In this document: piece after piece, positions 63,181-64,000 of the stretch
How positions within the stretch are numbered: the first letter of the stretch is position 1
How the letters are laid out: each line of letters opens with the position of its first letter
Position numbers and translations under genes: made by a program
The notes under the pieces: generated by a model
Database searches by the model: none
What the model was told of the DNA's origin: nothing
Seen by the model: only the letters and a program-made list of their open reading frames with translations
Origin: an uncultured Pseudomonadales bacterium
Lineage (GTDB): Bacteria; Patescibacteriota; Microgenomatia; UBA1400; PJMF01
NCBI GenBank assembly: GCA_964406075.1
Contig: CAYOQI010000002.1
Location: forward strand, 18,700-82,699
DNA: 64,000 nucleotides
Direction: 5' to 3'

Positions 63181-64000
63181 TTAACTTAAGACTGGATACC
63201 CTAATATTTTTTCCTGGAAATCTAAAGCAAAATCAGTTTCACCTCGTTTATCTGAATTGTAAAACTTCAAACCCAAACATTTTATTTCTTTATAGCCATG
63301 ATTACTGGCTTCTTTCAAGAATTGCTTATAGTTTTGTGAATCTTCATCATCAACCTCAAATACCACTTCACTCTTATCCGATAGACTCTTCAGGGCTTCT
63401 TCTTTCCAAGCGTCATGCTCGAGCAAATGGCCACCTTTAGGTTCTATCAATACTTGATAGTACATTTTGCCATTTGCAACATCATTAATAATCATAATGT
63501 AGTCAGGGCTGAATTTACGCCCGTCTTGTGGGCTGAAAAGCCAATAGTCAAGCTCATTACGTATCAGATAAATCTCTGCATCAGTATACTTTGCTTGCAA
63601 GTAGTTGATCTGACTAGCTACGTACTTCACAAACTTTTTTTCTTCGCTTGTTCCGTAATTCTCATCATATGCATACCAATTTGCAGACTGTACGTCATAT
63701 CGCAATTCTGGATTTTCGTGATCTGACTGAGCTTTAGCACGCTCATCATTACTCCTAAATACTTTTTCGCCAGTAATTTTGTGTTCCGTTGGGAATGACA
63801 TCAGATAGATGTTCTTTTCCTTACCAAACACTGCCGACAATAAAAGTGGGCGGAACTTTTTGCTGCCAGTGATACGAGGCATATTTACGTCAATAGCCTT
63901 TCGCACTTCAGGTAAAATTACACCAACTAGCAACTGTAGTTTTTCGGTCGGACTGATTTGGTAAATACTTTTCCCTTCTTCGTAGGTATATTTTATCTCG
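63181..64000 (-). CDS. C-terminal part of a larger protein ending in a PD-(D/E)xK nuclease domain (restriction/helicase-like); 5' end off the right edge
   Basis: The frame stays open to position 64000 (EIKYTYEEGKSIYQISPTEKLQLLVGV...). The motif FSPDYIMIIND...YQVLIEPKGGHL fits D...ExK. Confidence 0.6.
   Translation of the reverse strand, partial: EIKYTYEEGKSIYQISPTEKLQLLVGVILPEVRKAIDVNMPRITGSKKFRPLLLSAVFGKEKNIYLMSFPTEHKITGEKVFRSNDERAKAQSDHENPELRYDVQSANWYAYDENYGTSEEKKFVKYVASQINYLQAKYTDAEIYLIRNELDYWLFSPQDGRKFSPDYIMIINDVANGKMYYQVLIEPKGGHLLEHDAWKEEALKSLSDKSEVVFEVDDEDSQNYKQFLKEASNHGYKEIKCLGLKFYNSDKRGETDFALDFQEKILGYPVLS

Noticed and set aside
1-64000. Search for rRNA, tRNA, CRISPR arrays, transposases/IS elements and prophage genes
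   Set aside because: All gaps larger than about 100 nt were read on both strands. I saw no cloverleaf-compatible sequence with a GGTTCGA-type T-arm, no repeat-spacer array, and no transposase or integrase motifs. A tRNAscan or Infernal run is still advisable.
1-64000. An alternative genetic code (UGA as sense), as in some CPR lineages
   Set aside because: Long ORFs, up to 1760 codons, are intact when TGA is treated as a stop. A code 4/25 genome would show genes fragmented at in-frame TGA codons.

Overview
This is an AT-rich, gene-dense bacterial chromosome segment, mostly transcribed from the minus strand. Long ORFs are intact under the standard code; the absence of in-frame TGA fragmentation argues against code 4/25. 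I found no rRNA, tRNA, CRISPR array or transposase. All protein calls come from motif recognition by eye, with no searches run.

Gene content suggests a reduced-genome, Gram-positive-like or CPR/Patescibacteria-type organism (inference only). It includes:
- a short AlaRS without a C-Ala domain
- a mutS-mutL operon with an endonuclease-type MutL
- an ADP-forming acetyl-CoA synthetase and transketolase
- a sortase and a GT39 glycosyltransferase
- a membrane-anchored Clp-type AAA+ protein
- Lys-rich histone-like peptides and many small orphan membrane proteins

Recognisable modules:
- a copper-resistance operon (csoR-DUF305-copA-membrane/cupredoxin-copZ)
- a two-component cluster: cytoplasmic PAS/GAF kinase, CheY-like and OmpR-type regulators, and a stand-alone DHp mini-protein
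- a four-gene carotenoid cluster (crtI-crtB-UbiA prenyltransferase-CruF-like)

Most interesting observations:
1. A roughly 365-nt G+C-enriched, densely base-paired non-coding region (36826-37190) lies directly upstream of an orphan 521-aa gene whose product has an Arg-rich segment and a Zn-ribbon. I could not assign it to RNase P, tmRNA, SRP or a complete known riboswitch.
2. A 1.7-kaa alpha-2-macroglobulin carries a complete Hint/intein-like module with a non-nucleophilic +1 residue at the expected bait-region position. Its gene is translationally coupled to an L,D-transpeptidase gene.
3. A family of about 130-145-nt intercistronic palindromic elements has a compensatory internal hairpin.
4. 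A 120-nt promoter-plus-leader is duplicated in front of two different genes.

Two edge-truncated ORFs missing from the ORF track are also reported.
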